Part shown: positions 42,658-51,715 of the stretch, piece by piece
Layout: the number at the start of each line of letters is the position of its first letter
How positions within the stretch are numbered: the stretch's first letter is position 1
Assembly: GCA_947632155.1 (NCBI GenBank)
Contig: CANROF010000002.1
Coordinates: 9,892 to 73,891, forward strand
DNA from: an uncultured Oscillospiraceae bacterium
Lineage (GTDB): Bacteria; Bacillota; Clostridia; Oscillospirales; Oscillospiraceae
Direction: 5' to 3'
Length of the DNA: 64,000 nt
The notes under the pieces: generated by a model
What the model was told of the DNA's origin: nothing
Database searches by the model: none
Seen by the model: the letters and a program-made list of their open reading frames with translations, nothing else
Position numbers and translations under genes: made by a program

Positions 42658-43925
42658 TTGAAGTGCGGCTCGAAGAACTTTCCGGGCTTCTGGACCACGC
42701 AGCCGGAGATCTCCAGCATCGTCAGGGCCGACATCACCGCCATGGAGGGCAGTCCCGTCTTTACGGTTATGTCGTCGATGTGCATCGTCCTGTCCAGTGC
42801 CCCTAAGACCGCCCGCTCGTCCAGGGTCAGCGTCTCCGGGTCCACTAATATGTCAATATAAACCGGGTCCTCCCCGTTGTCAATGCCTTTTTTTGATTCG
42901 TTATGGGCGCTTATGTCATTTTTTACCGTTTCCCTCGCCGGGGCGGGCCTCCTGGCCCGGCGTTTCCCGGCGGCGGACATCTCCGACTCCACCAGCGTCT
43001 CCCGGGCCTCGCTGTCAAGGCCCCGGAGCTTCAGCCCCTCCCCGCCGCGAAGCCTCTCGGGGTAGAGGTCCAGGTACTGCTCCACGATGTCAAGGCCGGA
43101 CATCACGGGGATGGCGCCCTCCTTCAAAAGCGCGTTGGAGCCGCGGCACGACTCGGCGTCCACGTTGCCGGGGATGACGAAAACGTCCCGGCCCTGCTCC
43201 AGGGCCAGCGACGCCGTTATCAGCGCGCCGGAGCGCTCCGGGGCCTCGATGAGCGTCACCCCCAGGGAGATGCCGGAGAGTATCCGGTTGCGCACCGGGA
43301 AATTTGCCGCCGCCGGGGGCGTGCCCGGGGTGAACTCCGTGATGAGGGCCCCCGTGGCGGCCACGTCGTCGAACAGCCGCTCATTGGATCTGGGATAGAC
43401 CACGTCGAGCCCGGAGCCCAGAACGCCGATGACCCGGCCCCCGGCCCGGAGAGCCCCCCGGACGGCGGCGGAGTCGATGCCCCGGGCCATGCCGGTGACG
43501 ATGACGGCCCCGGCCCTGGCGGCCTCGTAGCTCACCCGCTCCGCCGTCACCAGCCCGTAGGGCGTGCAGCTCCGGGTGCCCACGATGGCCACCGGCGCCT
43601 CGTCCCCCAGGTCCGGCAGACGCCCCCGGACATAGAGCAGCACCGGCGGGTCGAATATGTTCCGGAGCCTGGCGGGGTACAGGGCGTCGCCCAGCGTCAC
43701 GATGCTCCAGCCGTTGTCGGCGCACATGCTCAGTATCTCCCGGGCGGCGGACATGCCCTTATCCAGAAGCGGCTCATACCCCGAGGCCATGACGGCCTTG
43801 TAGTCCGCCTCCCCGGCGAAATAGATGTTCTCCGGCGAGCCGAAGTGCTCCAAAAGCGCCAGGATGTCCGTCCGGGGTATCCCCCGCCGCAGGGACAGCC
43901 ACAGCCAGTATTTCAGCTCCGACAC
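42642..43925 (-). CDS. dprA: DNA-processing protein DprA (Smf)
   Basis: Rossmann-like core VIVTGMARGIDSAAVRGAL and a C-terminal winged-helix-like extension. GTG start is tentative. The last 5 codons and the stop lie in a MITE remnant. Confidence 0.85.
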   Translation of the reverse strand: MSELKYWLWLSLRRGIPRTDILALLEHFGSPENIYFAGEADYKAVMASGYEPLLDKGMSAAREILSMCADNGWSIVTLGDALYPARLRNIFDPPVLLYVRGRLPDLGDEAPVAIVGTRSCTPYGLVTAERVSYEAARAGAVIVTGMARGIDSAAVRGALRAGGRVIGVLGSGLDVVYPRSNERLFDDVAATGALITEFTPGTPPAAANFPVRNRILSGISLGVTLIEAPERSGALITASLALEQGRDVFVIPGNVDAESCRGSNALLKEGAIPVMSGLDIVEQYLDLYPERLRGGEGLKLRGLDSEARETLVESEMSAAGKRRARRPAPARETVKNDISAHNESKKGIDNGEDPVYIDILVDPETLTLDERAVLGALDRTMHIDDITVKTGLPSMAVMSALTMLEISGCVVQKPGKFFEPHFKLISN

Positions 43926-43970
43926 AGAGGATCACGCCCTTTCCAAAGTCTGCTTTCCCGCCGAAGTCCT

Positions 43971-44717
43971 TTAAAGCCTCCCCCGGCTCAGCTCCCACAT
44001 GATGACGGAGGCGGCCACGGAGGCGTTTAAGGATTCGCACCCGGGGTCCATGGGGATGATCACCGTCCCGGCACAGAGGGAGATGAGCTCCTCCGTAAGG
44101 CCCGAGCCCTCGTTGCCCACGGCCACGGCGGCGCCGGTCAAATCCACGCCCCTTATGTCCCGGGCGCCGCGTCTCAGCGCCGCGCCGTAGACGGGGGTGG
44201 TTTTCGAAAGCTCCCGAAGCTCCTCCATCGTCAGCTCCACCGCGTTCCCCCGGAAGACCGCGCCCATGGAGGCCCGGACGGTCTTGGGGCTCCACAGGTC
44301 CGCACACTCCCCGATAAGGGCCACGGTTTTGATTCCGAAGGCCCCGGCGGAGCGCAGGACGGCGCCCACGTTCCCCGGGTCCTGGAGGTTTTCAAGGATA
44401 ACGGCGCCCCGCAGGTCGGGAAGCGCCGTCCTCTCCGGCATCCCCACGGTGAACACCAGGTCCTTTGGCGTTTTCATGGGGGACGCCGCCTCCAGCACCT
44501 CCCGGGGCACCCTGTAAAACCGCGCCCCGGCGGGAAGCTCCAGGTCCGGCGTCTCCGCGGCCATGACCTCCCGGACGTCCGCGCCCCACTTCAGCGCCTC
44601 CTCCAAAAGCTTACCCCCGTCGCACAGGTACTCCCGGCACTCCCGGCGGTAGCTTGCGGAGGCGGCGAGCTTTTTGAAATGGGCGACGCGCTGGTTTTTT
44701 CTGCTTACAATTTCCAT
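43971..44717 (-). CDS. TrmH/SpoU-family RNA 2'-O-methyltransferase
   Basis: Start moved to ATG 44717 because the promoter at 44767-44795 lies inside the longer ORF. SpoU motifs NLQDPGNVGAVLRSA, VAVGNEGSGL and IPMDPGCESLNASVAASV. Confidence 0.85.
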   Translation of the reverse strand: MEIVSRKNQRVAHFKKLAASASYRRECREYLCDGGKLLEEALKWGADVREVMAAETPDLELPAGARFYRVPREVLEAASPMKTPKDLVFTVGMPERTALPDLRGAVILENLQDPGNVGAVLRSAGAFGIKTVALIGECADLWSPKTVRASMGAVFRGNAVELTMEELRELSKTTPVYGAALRRGARDIRGVDLTGAAVAVGNEGSGLTEELISLCAGTVIIPMDPGCESLNASVAASVIMWELSRGRL

Positions 44718-44766
44718 TTCTGACTCCCGGACGCGTTGATGAACAAAATCCAACCGCTTTTTTATC

Positions 44767-44795
44767 ATTATAAGGAATTGATTTTCGTTTTGCAA
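44767..44795 (-). promoter_or_regulatory. promoter of the TrmH-family methyltransferase gene
   Basis: TTGCAA, 17 nt, then TATAAT on the minus strand. Confidence 0.6.
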
Positions 44796-44827
44796 TCTGG
44801 ATTTTTCTAAAAACGTGATATTTTTTG

Positions 44828-44866
44828 AAAAAAATGGGGAAGGCCGGTGTCCGCCGCCTCCCCCAG
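44828..44866 (-). terminator. terminator after dapF/murE
   Basis: Imperfect GC hairpin GGGGGAGG..CCTTCCCC followed by ATTTTTTT on the minus strand. Confidence 0.55.
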
Positions 44867-44870
44867 TCGG

Positions 44871-47198
44871 TCATTTTGACTCTCCAAGCTCCGCCTCGGC
44901 CCGCCGGACGGCCTCCCGCTCGTCCCAGAAGCGCCGGACGCCCCGGACCTCCTGGTACTGCTCGTGGCCCTTGCCGATGAGGAGGATGACGTCCCCCCTC
45001 CTGGCCGTGGAGATGGCGTATTTTATGGCCTCATATCTGTCGTCCACGGTGATGTACCTGCCGGAGCTCTCGTTTATGCCCTCGATGATGTCGCGGTTTA
45101 TGGAGGAGAGCTCCTCATACCGCGGGTTGTCCTCGGTGAGGATGCAAAGGTCCGCGTGCTTTCCGGCGATGCGGCCCATGTCCAGCCTCCTGGCCCGGGC
45201 GCGGTTGCCGCCGCCGCCAAAGACGCACACCAGCCGCCCCGGCTTATACTCCAGCACCGTCTCCATGAACATGTTCATCTCGTCGGTGTTGTGGGCGTAG
45301 TCGATGATGACCTTGTAGACGTCATTGGCGCTCACAAGCTCCATCCGTCCCTTCAGCGCTATTTCCGAAAGCGCCGCGGCGGCGGAGACATCCGCCCCCA
45401 GCATCCCCGCCAGCGTCACCGCGCAAAGGCTGTTGTAGACGGAGAATTTACCCGGCACGGACACCCGGACTGCCCCCTCATAGAGCCCCGCGGCCCGGTA
45501 CTCCACGCCCATGAAGCCGCTGTCCATCAGGAATTTCACGTCCTCCGCCCGCTCGTCGGCCTCCGGGGAGGTCACGCCGAATTTGACGATCTCGCAGGTG
45601 CGGCCGCGAAGCACCTCCTCCAGGTGCGGGTCGTCCGCGTTCACCGCGGCCCGGCGGCAGCGCCGGAAAAGGAGGCTCTTGCACTGAAGATACTCCTGAA
45701 AATCCGCGTGCTCACCCGCGCCGATATGGTCCGGGGACAGGTTGGTGAAGGCCCCCAGGTCAAAGGTGAAGCCGTCCACCCGGCTCATCTTCAGCCCCTG
45801 GGAGGATACCTCCATCACCGCGTGGGTGCATCCCGCGTCGGCCATGCGGCGGAAGAGCCTTTGAATCTCATAGCTCTCCGGGGTGGTGTTGTGCGTCTCC
45901 ACGTGCTCCCCGGCTATTTCCGCGCCCACGGTGCCGATGAGGCCCACGCGCCGTCCCGCGCGCTCCAGGATGGCCTTCAGCATCAGGGCCGTGGAGGTCT
46001 TTCCGGCGGTGCCGGTGATGCCCACGGTGGTGAGCTCCCGGGCCGGGTGGCCGAAGTACGCCGCCGACATCAGCGCCAGGGCGCGCTTGGACGAGTCCAC
46101 CCTTATGACGGTGACGTCCCCCGGTACATCCGCGTCCCGCTCGATGACCACGGCCCCGGCTCCCCGCTCCACGGCGGAGGCGATAAATTCGTGGGAGTCG
46201 GTGCCGGTGCCCACCCGGGCGAGAAAGAGGTCGTTTTTGTTGACAAATCTTGAGTCGTACTTGATATCCGCGATCTCCGTGTCCAGGCTCCCCCGGACAA
46301 GGGTGTAGTCCACGCCCTCCAGGAGATTTCTCAGCCTCCTGGCCCGGCTTACAATGTGGGAGACGTCAATCTCCGACTCAAAGACGATGTGGGAGGGGCC
46401 CTTCATGTACATGACGCCCTCGGCCTCGTCCCAGTGGCACTCCAAAACGCCGCCGATCTGGCGGATCGCCGCGCTCCTGTCGCATCTGCCCGTCAGGACC
46501 GCCGCCACAAGGGCGGTGCAGCAGCCGGTGCCGCAGCCGATAGTCTCCCCGCAGTTGCGCTCCCACTCGCGCATCTCCATGTGTCCCCTGTCCACAACGC
46601 GGGCGAAGGTGACGTTCGTCTTGTTGGGGAAAAGCTCCGTCATGTTCTCTATGGCCCGGCCGTAGCGCTCCACGTCGAAGTCCTTCAGGTCCTCCTCCAG
46701 GAACATGACGACGTGGGGATTGCCCCAGGAGACGGCGGTCATCTCAAACTCCCTGTCCAGCACCCGCACCGGCTGGGAGACGAATTCCGGCTTCTCCGTG
46801 GCCACGGGTATACGGCGGGTGTCCAGCACCGGCGCGCCGATGTTGGCCCGGATATTGACCACGTGCCCGTTTTCAACAAAGAGCCTCACCTTCTGCATCC
46901 CGCCCGCCGTCTCGATGACAAGGTCGGTCTTATCGGTGAGCCGGTGCTCGTAGACAAACATGCTCATGCTCCGCAGGGCGTTGCCGCACATCTCCGCCTC
47001 CGAGCCGTCGGGGTTGAACATGCGCATACGAAAATCGCCCTTTTCGGAGGGGCAGATAAGGACGATGCCGTCGGACCCCACGCCGAAGTGCCGGTCGCTG
47101 AGAAATCGCGCCAGCTCCGGCAAATTGTCAAGCCGTTCATGGATGGCGTCTATGTACACATAGTCGTTGCCGTAGGCCTGCATTTTCGTAAATTTCAT
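44871..47198 (-). CDS. dapF/murE: fused diaminopimelate epimerase (DapF) / UDP-MurNAc-L-Ala-D-Glu:meso-DAP ligase (MurE)
   Basis: N-terminal ~285 aa is DapF (MQAYGNDYVYID, catalytic Cys motifs GSEAEMCGNALR and IGCGTGCC). The rest is MurE (GITGTAGKTST, DNPR motif LTEDNPR). The 775-aa frame is uninterrupted. Confidence 0.85.
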   Translation of the reverse strand: MKFTKMQAYGNDYVYIDAIHERLDNLPELARFLSDRHFGVGSDGIVLICPSEKGDFRMRMFNPDGSEAEMCGNALRSMSMFVYEHRLTDKTDLVIETAGGMQKVRLFVENGHVVNIRANIGAPVLDTRRIPVATEKPEFVSQPVRVLDREFEMTAVSWGNPHVVMFLEEDLKDFDVERYGRAIENMTELFPNKTNVTFARVVDRGHMEMREWERNCGETIGCGTGCCTALVAAVLTGRCDRSAAIRQIGGVLECHWDEAEGVMYMKGPSHIVFESEIDVSHIVSRARRLRNLLEGVDYTLVRGSLDTEIADIKYDSRFVNKNDLFLARVGTGTDSHEFIASAVERGAGAVVIERDADVPGDVTVIRVDSSKRALALMSAAYFGHPARELTTVGITGTAGKTSTALMLKAILERAGRRVGLIGTVGAEIAGEHVETHNTTPESYEIQRLFRRMADAGCTHAVMEVSSQGLKMSRVDGFTFDLGAFTNLSPDHIGAGEHADFQEYLQCKSLLFRRCRRAAVNADDPHLEEVLRGRTCEIVKFGVTSPEADERAEDVKFLMDSGFMGVEYRAAGLYEGAVRVSVPGKFSVYNSLCAVTLAGMLGADVSAAAALSEIALKGRMELVSANDVYKVIIDYAHNTDEMNMFMETVLEYKPGRLVCVFGGGGNRARARRLDMGRIAGKHADLCILTEDNPRYEELSSINRDIIEGINESSGRYITVDDRYEAIKYAISTARRGDVILLIGKGHEQYQEVRGVRRFWDEREAVRRAEAELGESK

Positions 47199-47216
47199 GG
47201 CCGTCTCCCCGTTTCC

Positions 47217-48395
47217 CTACGCCATGGCCTGGGCCAGGTCCGCGATGATGTCGTCCGCGTCCTCGATGCCCACGGAGAGGCGCAAAAGCGTGTCCGTTAT
47301 GCCCAGCGCCAGCCTGTCGGCCTCGGATACCTCGGTGTGCGTGCGGCTGACGGGGTGGGTTATCAGGGACTCCACGCCGCCCAGGCTCTCGGCAAAGGTG
47401 ATAAGGCGCACGCGGGCGAGGATCTGGTTCACCGTCTCCATGGAGTCCACCCGGAAAGACAGCGTCCCGCCGCAGCCCGTGGTCTGGCGGTCGGAGATCT
47501 CCCGGCCGGGGTGGTCGGCAAAACCCACAAAGTAGACCTTCTCCACCTTGGGGTGGTTTCGCAGCCAGTTCGCCACCTTTACGGCGTTGTCGTTGTGGCG
47601 GCGCATCCGGAGGGCAAGGGTCTTCATGCCCCGGAGCAGGAGCCAGGAGTCCATGGGCCCCAGTCCCGCGCCGTTTACGTGGTTGCGTATCTCATACCAC
47701 TGGCCCAGGTCCGGCTCCCGGAGCACCACGATGCCGGCCAGAAGGTCGTTGTGGCCGCCCAGATACTTTGTCCCGCTGTGTATGACGATGTCCGCCCCCA
47801 GGGCCAGCGGCCGCTGGAAGTAGGGCGTCAGGAACGTGTTGTCCACCACGGTGAGGATGCCGCGCTCATGGGCGATCCTGGCGATGGCGGCGATGTCCGC
47901 CACCTTCATCATGGGGTTCGTGGGCGTCTCAACGAATATCATCTTCGTCTCCGGCCGCAGAGCAGCCATGAGGTCGGAAAGCCTCGAGAGGTCCACGCTG
48001 GTATTGGCAACGCCCATGGGGGCCAGGACCTCCTTCACCGCCCTGGAGGTCCCGCCGTACACGTCGTCGGAGCAGACCACGTGGTCCCCGGGCTTTAAGA
48101 TGGAGAGCGTCAGCATGATGGCCGCCATGCCGGAGCTGACGGCGTAGGCCCTGGCGCCGCCCTCCAAGATGCACATGGTGCGCTCCACCTCCTCGCGGGT
48201 GGGGTTGATGCACCGGGAGTAGTTGTAGCCCGTCCTGTCGGTGATGGACGGGTGCTTATAGGTGGCCGTCTGGTATATTGGGAAGCTGACGGCGCCGGTT
48301 ACGGGGTCCATCCCCGTGGCCCCGTGGACCACCTGGGAGTCCAGCGTCAGCCCGTCGCGCCTGGATTTGTCGTTGTACTCGTCAAAATTTTTCAT
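47217..48395 (-). CDS. Cys/Met-metabolism PLP-dependent enzyme (cystathionine beta-lyase/gamma-synthase family)
   Basis: Start at ATG 48395 (RBS GAGGTG), with a promoter at 48445-48473. PLP-lysine motif HSGTKYLGGHND. Confidence 0.85.
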   Translation of the reverse strand: MKNFDEYNDKSRRDGLTLDSQVVHGATGMDPVTGAVSFPIYQTATYKHPSITDRTGYNYSRCINPTREEVERTMCILEGGARAYAVSSGMAAIMLTLSILKPGDHVVCSDDVYGGTSRAVKEVLAPMGVANTSVDLSRLSDLMAALRPETKMIFVETPTNPMMKVADIAAIARIAHERGILTVVDNTFLTPYFQRPLALGADIVIHSGTKYLGGHNDLLAGIVVLREPDLGQWYEIRNHVNGAGLGPMDSWLLLRGMKTLALRMRRHNDNAVKVANWLRNHPKVEKVYFVGFADHPGREISDRQTTGCGGTLSFRVDSMETVNQILARVRLITFAESLGGVESLITHPVSRTHTEVSEADRLALGITDTLLRLSVGIEDADDIIADLAQAMA

Positions 48396-48444
48396 TTCCC
48401 GCACCTCAGCAGCATATTTTGTGCGCGCGCACATAGACAGATAC

Positions 48445-48473
48445 ATTATATCATATCGCCCGGTTTATAGCAA
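48445..48473 (-). promoter_or_regulatory. promoter of the PLP enzyme / dapF-murE operon
   Basis: TTGCTA, 17 nt, then TATAAT on the minus strand. Confidence 0.6.
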
Positions 48474-48500
48474 TACATTTTCCGTCTTTTACCGATGTCA

Positions 48501-48533
48501 CAAAAAACGACCCGGCCCCCCGCGGGGGCCGGA
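48501..48533 (-). terminator. terminator downstream of the HAD gene and family-C copy 2
   Basis: CCGGCCCC-CGCG-GGGGCCGG followed by GTCGTTTTTT on the minus strand. Confidence 0.7.
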
Positions 48534-48548
48534 TCAGCTTGTCAAAAT

Positions 48549-48739
48549 CTCAATTTCAATATTTTTTCCAAGGACATGCGCCTTGGAAAAAATTCCTTTT
48601 GTTTTGCGGAGTGTGCGGCCCTACGGGCCGTGCGCGGAGCAAAACAGCAGGGAAGTTTTCGCTGAATTTCGCAAAATTCAGCGAAAATTTTCCGCACGTT
48701 CCCCTTGTCGGAAAAAGGCCAAAGGCCTTTTTTCGACAG
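48549..48739 (-). repeat. family-C modular intergenic repeat, copy 2
   Basis: The reverse complement aligns module-by-module with copy 1. Stems H1, H2 (lower part) and H3 differ but remain paired. Confidence 0.8.
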
Positions 48740-48748
48740 TTATTTTTC

Positions 48749-49381
48749 TCACCGATCGCCGCGGAGTTCGACACCCAGCTTCGAGAGCTCCGCCCTGGCG
48801 GAGGCGGCATCGGTGAAGACTATCCCCCGCAGGCCGGCGCGCTCCGCTCCGGCGATGTTCCGGGGCATATCGTCCAAGAAAACGCACGTACCGGGGTCCA
48901 GGGAACAGCGGCGCAGGAGCTCCCGGTAGATGGCGGGCCGGGGCTTTGTGAGGCCCAGCTCAAAGGACGCCACGCCCCCCATAAAGAGGTCCGGAAGTCC
49001 CCGGGCGGTGAAGACCTCCCACATGTCCCGGGGCATGTTGGTGAGGTAATAGACCCCGTATCCCGCGGCCCGGAGGTCCTTTATGAGCTCCACTGTCTCC
49101 GGCTTTGTCCGCATGTGCTCCGTCCAGCGGGCCTGGACCAGCTCCATCTGGGGGCCGAAGCCGTCGCGCCGGGCCTCCCGGAGGATGACGGCGTCGGCCT
49201 CGTCCCTGGGAAAGCGGTCCTCGTCGAACATGCGCCAGTAGGCGCTCTCGAAAAGGTGCTCCATCACATATTCGATGACCGCCCCGTCGTCAAAGAGCCC
49301 CCGCAGATACCTCTCCGGGTCGTAATCCACCACCACGCCGCCGAAGTCAAAAATAATGCTTTTAACGCTCTTTTCAGCCAT
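48749..49381 (-). CDS. HAD-superfamily hydrolase
   Basis: Motif I IIFDFGGVVVDY and motif IV VFLDDMPRN. Confidence 0.8.
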   Translation of the reverse strand: MAEKSVKSIIFDFGGVVVDYDPERYLRGLFDDGAVIEYVMEHLFESAYWRMFDEDRFPRDEADAVILREARRDGFGPQMELVQARWTEHMRTKPETVELIKDLRAAGYGVYYLTNMPRDMWEVFTARGLPDLFMGGVASFELGLTKPRPAIYRELLRRCSLDPGTCVFLDDMPRNIAGAERAGLRGIVFTDAASARAELSKLGVELRGDR

Positions 49382-49412
49382 TTTTCCTTAAAACTCCATT
49401 TCGATGCTCGTC

Positions 49413-50213
49413 TCAGTACGCCTGGCTTGCTCCCTGGGCGCCGTTTTTCCACACCGCCAGGGCCCCGTAGTAGAGGGTGACGGTGGTCTTGTCCTGCACG
49501 TAGGGCCCCACGTCCGTCTCGCCGAAGCGCATGAGGAAGTAATCCAGGTCGTGGAACATATGATAAAATTCCAGGACGGCGTCCCCGTCGTGGTCACGCT
49601 TGGCGGTGGTGAGGAGCTCCGCAAGCCTGTCGAAGTCCTCGTCCAAAAGGCCGCTGACCACAGTCTCCTTCAGCCCTTGCAGACGACGGACGTAATCCTC
49701 CACCACGAAGTCGTTGGTATCCGTGACCTCGGTCCTGGTGCCGTCGGAGCTCTCCGCCCAGCCTATCTGTATCTCCCCGGTCTTCTCGAAGTAGTTCCAG
49801 TAAAGGCTCTCCGGGTCCATGAGGTTTTCAAAAAATCTGTTATAGAAATATTCGCCCTCCAGCGCCAGGTTCGCGTTCACCACCGCCTCGCGGAGGGCCG
49901 CCTTTTCCCCGTCGGTCATGCCCTCCGTGACACGCTCTCTCAGCGCCAGGACCTCCGCCTCCGTGGGGACGAAGTTCGGGTCCGCCTCCGGCATTTCCTC
50001 CCCCGGCTGCTGGACGGCGGGGCCGGTGTTCCCCGGCTCTTCGGGCGTCTGGACCTCCGGCGTCCCGGCGCCGGACGGCTGCGTCCCCGACGGGAGCGCC
50101 CCGGGCTCCACCACCTCGTCCATGAGCCTCCAGACGCCAAACCAGCACACGGCGACGAAGAGCACCGCCGCCAGGGCCGACAGCGCCTTGCCAAGGATAC
50201 CGCCGCTTTTCAT
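49413..50213 (-). CDS. hypothetical membrane-anchored protein
   Basis: Start at ATG 50213 (RBS GGGAGGGG). N-terminal TM ALSALAAVLFVAVCWFGVW, a Pro-rich linker, and no domain I recognise. Confidence 0.55.
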   Translation of the reverse strand: MKSGGILGKALSALAAVLFVAVCWFGVWRLMDEVVEPGALPSGTQPSGAGTPEVQTPEEPGNTGPAVQQPGEEMPEADPNFVPTEAEVLALRERVTEGMTDGEKAALREAVVNANLALEGEYFYNRFFENLMDPESLYWNYFEKTGEIQIGWAESSDGTRTEVTDTNDFVVEDYVRRLQGLKETVVSGLLDEDFDRLAELLTTAKRDHDGDAVLEFYHMFHDLDYFLMRFGETDVGPYVQDKTTVTLYYGALAVWKNGAQGASQAY

Positions 50214-50222
50214 CTTATCCCC

Positions 50223-50264
50223 TCCCTGTCTCTTATATCTCCTTCCCTGTCTCTCATATCTCCT
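50223..50264. repeat. 21-nt tandem duplication spanning the recR stop codon
   Basis: TCCCTGTCTCTTATATCTCCT followed by TCCCTGTCTCTCATATCTCCT. Confidence 0.9.
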
Positions 50265-50853
50265 GCCGGCCCTCCAGAGCCCGCATGAGGGTGGCGTCGT
50301 CGGCAAACTCAAGGCTCGCCCCCACCGGGATGCCGTAGGCCAGGCGCGTCACCTTAACGCCAAAGGGCTTTAAAAGGCGGGAGATGTATTTCGCCGTAGT
50401 CTCCCCCTCCGTGTCCGGGTTCATGGCCATGATGACCTCGCTGACGCCCCCGGCGGCCACCCGGTCCACCAGCTCCCGGACGCGGATGTCGTCGGGGCCG
50501 ATGTGGTTCAAGGGCGAAATGACGCCGTGGAGCACGTGGTAGCGGCCGTTGTACTCGTGGGCGCGCTCGATGGCGGCCACGTCCTTGGGGCTGGCCACCA
50601 CGCAGATGACACCGGCCTCCCGGGTCTGGGAGCGGCAGACGGCGCACTCGTCGGCGTCTGTCAGGTTCTGGCATATTTTGCAGGTGTGGACCGTCTCCCG
50701 GGCCTTCACGATGGCCGCGGCAAAGGCCCGGGCCTCCTCCTCCGGCAAGTCCAGTATATGGAAGGCCAGCCGCTGGGCGGACTTCATGCCCACCCCGGGG
50801 AGGGACGCGAATTTTTCAACAAGCTCGTCAAGAGCCGACGGGAAAAAGCTCAT
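50254..50853 (-). CDS. recR: recombination protein RecR
   Basis: HhH N-terminus, zinc finger CKICQNLTDADECAVC, and a Toprim domain. Confidence 0.94.
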   Translation of the reverse strand: MSFFPSALDELVEKFASLPGVGMKSAQRLAFHILDLPEEEARAFAAAIVKARETVHTCKICQNLTDADECAVCRSQTREAGVICVVASPKDVAAIERAHEYNGRYHVLHGVISPLNHIGPDDIRVRELVDRVAAGGVSEVIMAMNPDTEGETTAKYISRLLKPFGVKVTRLAYGIPVGASLEFADDATLMRALEGRQEI

Positions 50854-50856
50854 TTG

Positions 50857-51504
50857 TCAGTTACCTCTCAGAATTTGTATCTCCTCCGCCCTGTCCCGGG
50901 CGGTGAAAACGCCGTTTCCGGCCACCAAAATGTCGGCCCCGGCGTCCTGGCACTGTCTGGCGGTGACGCGGTTTATGCCGCCGTCCACCTCCACAAGACA
51001 GCCGCGGCCGAAGCGGCGGGCCAGGGCCTTGGCGGCGGTTATCTTCCCAAGGGCCTCCGGGATGAAGCTCTGGCCGCCGAAGCCGGGCTCCACGCTCATG
51101 ATGAGGATGAGGTCCAGAAGCTCCCCGTAGGGCTCCAGGGCCGATACGGGCGTCAGGGGCTTTATGGACAGCCCGGCCTTTTTCCCCCGGCGCTTCACGT
51201 CCAGGAGGGCCGCGCGGATATTCTCCGGCGTGTCGGCCTCCAGGTGGACGGTGACGATGTCCGCGCCGGCATCGCAAAACCGCCCGGCGTAATTTACGGG
51301 CCGCGTTATCATGAGATGCGCGTCAAGCGGCATATCCGTCACCCGGCGCACGCATTTTATAACGGGCAGTCCGAAAGAGATATTCGGCACAAACACCCCG
51401 TCCATCACATCGAAGTGAAGAAGATCCCCGGTTTTTACGGAGTCGATTTCCTCCCCGAGCCTTGCGAAATCCGCGGAAAGTATCGAAGGCGCTATCCTTA
51501 CCAT
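50857..51504 (-). CDS. rpe: ribulose-phosphate 3-epimerase
   Basis: Start at ATG 51504 (RBS GGGGGAGGA). Motifs PSILSADFARLGEE, HFDVMDGVFVPN and VDGGIN. Confidence 0.92.
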   Translation of the reverse strand: MVRIAPSILSADFARLGEEIDSVKTGDLLHFDVMDGVFVPNISFGLPVIKCVRRVTDMPLDAHLMITRPVNYAGRFCDAGADIVTVHLEADTPENIRAALLDVKRRGKKAGLSIKPLTPVSALEPYGELLDLILIMSVEPGFGGQSFIPEALGKITAAKALARRFGRGCLVEVDGGINRVTARQCQDAGADILVAGNGVFTARDRAEEIQILRGN

Positions 51505-51654
51505 GCTGGTCCTCCCCCGTAACTCCTTTTGTCCCCCCGGCATAGACTTAAAGTAGCCGGCCGGCGCCAGCCGGCTTTCATATAGGGGCCGGAAAAAGGC
51601 GGCGCGCCGCCCCCGGCCCCATCGGCCTTTATACTTATACTTATCTCTATTCCG

Positions 51655-51684
51655 ATTATACCCCCAACATCTTGTATCCGTCAA
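51655..51684 (-). promoter_or_regulatory. candidate promoter upstream of rpe
   Basis: TTGACG, 18 nt, then TATAAT on the minus strand. Confidence 0.45.
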
Positions 51685-51715
51685 GCTAAAAGAAACACGT
51701 CCGCCTTTCACCGCC

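Noticed and set aside
48396-48540. Possible SAM/T-box riboswitch upstream of the Cys/Met PLP enzyme (and upstream of leuS at 22834-22846)
   Set aside because: The leader from the predicted promoter is only ~40 nt with no riboswitch-like conserved core. leuS is separated from rsfS by just 13 nt, which leaves no room for a T-box.
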